Shown: positions 23,805 through 24,000 of the stretch, in pieces
How positions within the stretch are numbered: the stretch's first letter is position 1
How the letters are laid out: each line of letters starts with the position of its first letter
DNA from: Candidatus Woesearchaeota archaeon
Lineage (GTDB): Archaea; Nanobdellota; Nanobdellia; Pacearchaeales; GW2011-AR1
NCBI GenBank assembly: GCA_964497435.1
Contig: CAZCCD010000004.1
Coordinates: forward strand, 93,922-117,921
Length of the DNA stretch: 24,000 nucleotides
Direction of reading: 5' to 3'
Position numbers and translations under genes: made by a program
The notes under the pieces: generated by a model
What the model was told of the DNA's origin: nothing
Seen by the model: only the letters and a program-made list of their open reading frames with translations
Databases searched by the model: none

Positions 23805-24000
23805 CTACTTTCCTTTTTTATCTTTTTCTTTCAAGATTCCCTTAATTAATTCTCGTGCTATCTGAACATCTTCCTCTTTGTAGGAATAAGGGCCAAATAT
23901 TCCTTTAAAGCTGTCATCAAACTGCTGTTTGTTCAGGAAAGAGGATTGCTTTCTCATTGATTGTTTAAGCTTCTTAACATCCCCTTTTAACAAGTGCTGT
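23805..24000 (-). CDS. Hypothetical protein, 5'-partial (the frame is open to the window edge).
   Basis: The track start at 23993 is a TTG and the frame stays open through base 24000. The C-terminal sequence is K/E-rich. No motif recognised. Confidence 0.35.
   Translation of the reverse strand, partial: QHLLKGDVKKLKQSMRKQSSFLNKQQFDDSFKGIFGPYSYKEEDVQIARELIKGILKEKDKKGK

Overview
AT-rich archaeal chromosomal window. The gene set is Cdc48/VCP, Kae1, TFS, type-2 methionine aminopeptidase, a Sec11-type signal peptidase and a tRNA with a bulge-helix-bulge intron. Genes are small and tightly packed, and SD-like GGAGG motifs are present. By inference this fits a small-genome, DPANN-like archaeon. Bases 2-8786 form a four-gene cell-surface locus: (1) a giant, 5'-truncated LamG / beta-helix protein; (2) a 198-aa secreted protein that is a paralog of the giant protein's C-terminal domain; (3) and (4) two signal-peptide proteins with a C-terminal TM anchor and basic tail. 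I consider this locus the best candidate for an undescribed system, either an adhesin/fibre or a WxL/Csc-like surface complex. The rest is mostly housekeeping, but several features are unusual. Cdc48 carries a 466-aa LAGLIDADG intein and a separate ~220-aa coiled-coil insertion. It sits in an operon with small zinc-ribbon proteins, one of which is missing from the ORF track. Kae1 carries a ~95-aa low-complexity insertion associated with an 18-nt perfect repeat. The signal peptidase has a ~35-aa insertion. tRNA-Lys(CUU) has a 101-nt intron and a duplicated 5' end. A DUF433/PIN-like toxin-antitoxin pair is flanked by 16-nt direct repeats. There are two structured non-coding regions: a hairpin-repeat leader at 17.4-17.6 kb and a tRNA-like element at 23.35-23.45 kb. 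No CRISPR array, rRNA or transposase was seen. All calls come from reading motifs by eye; no searches were run.
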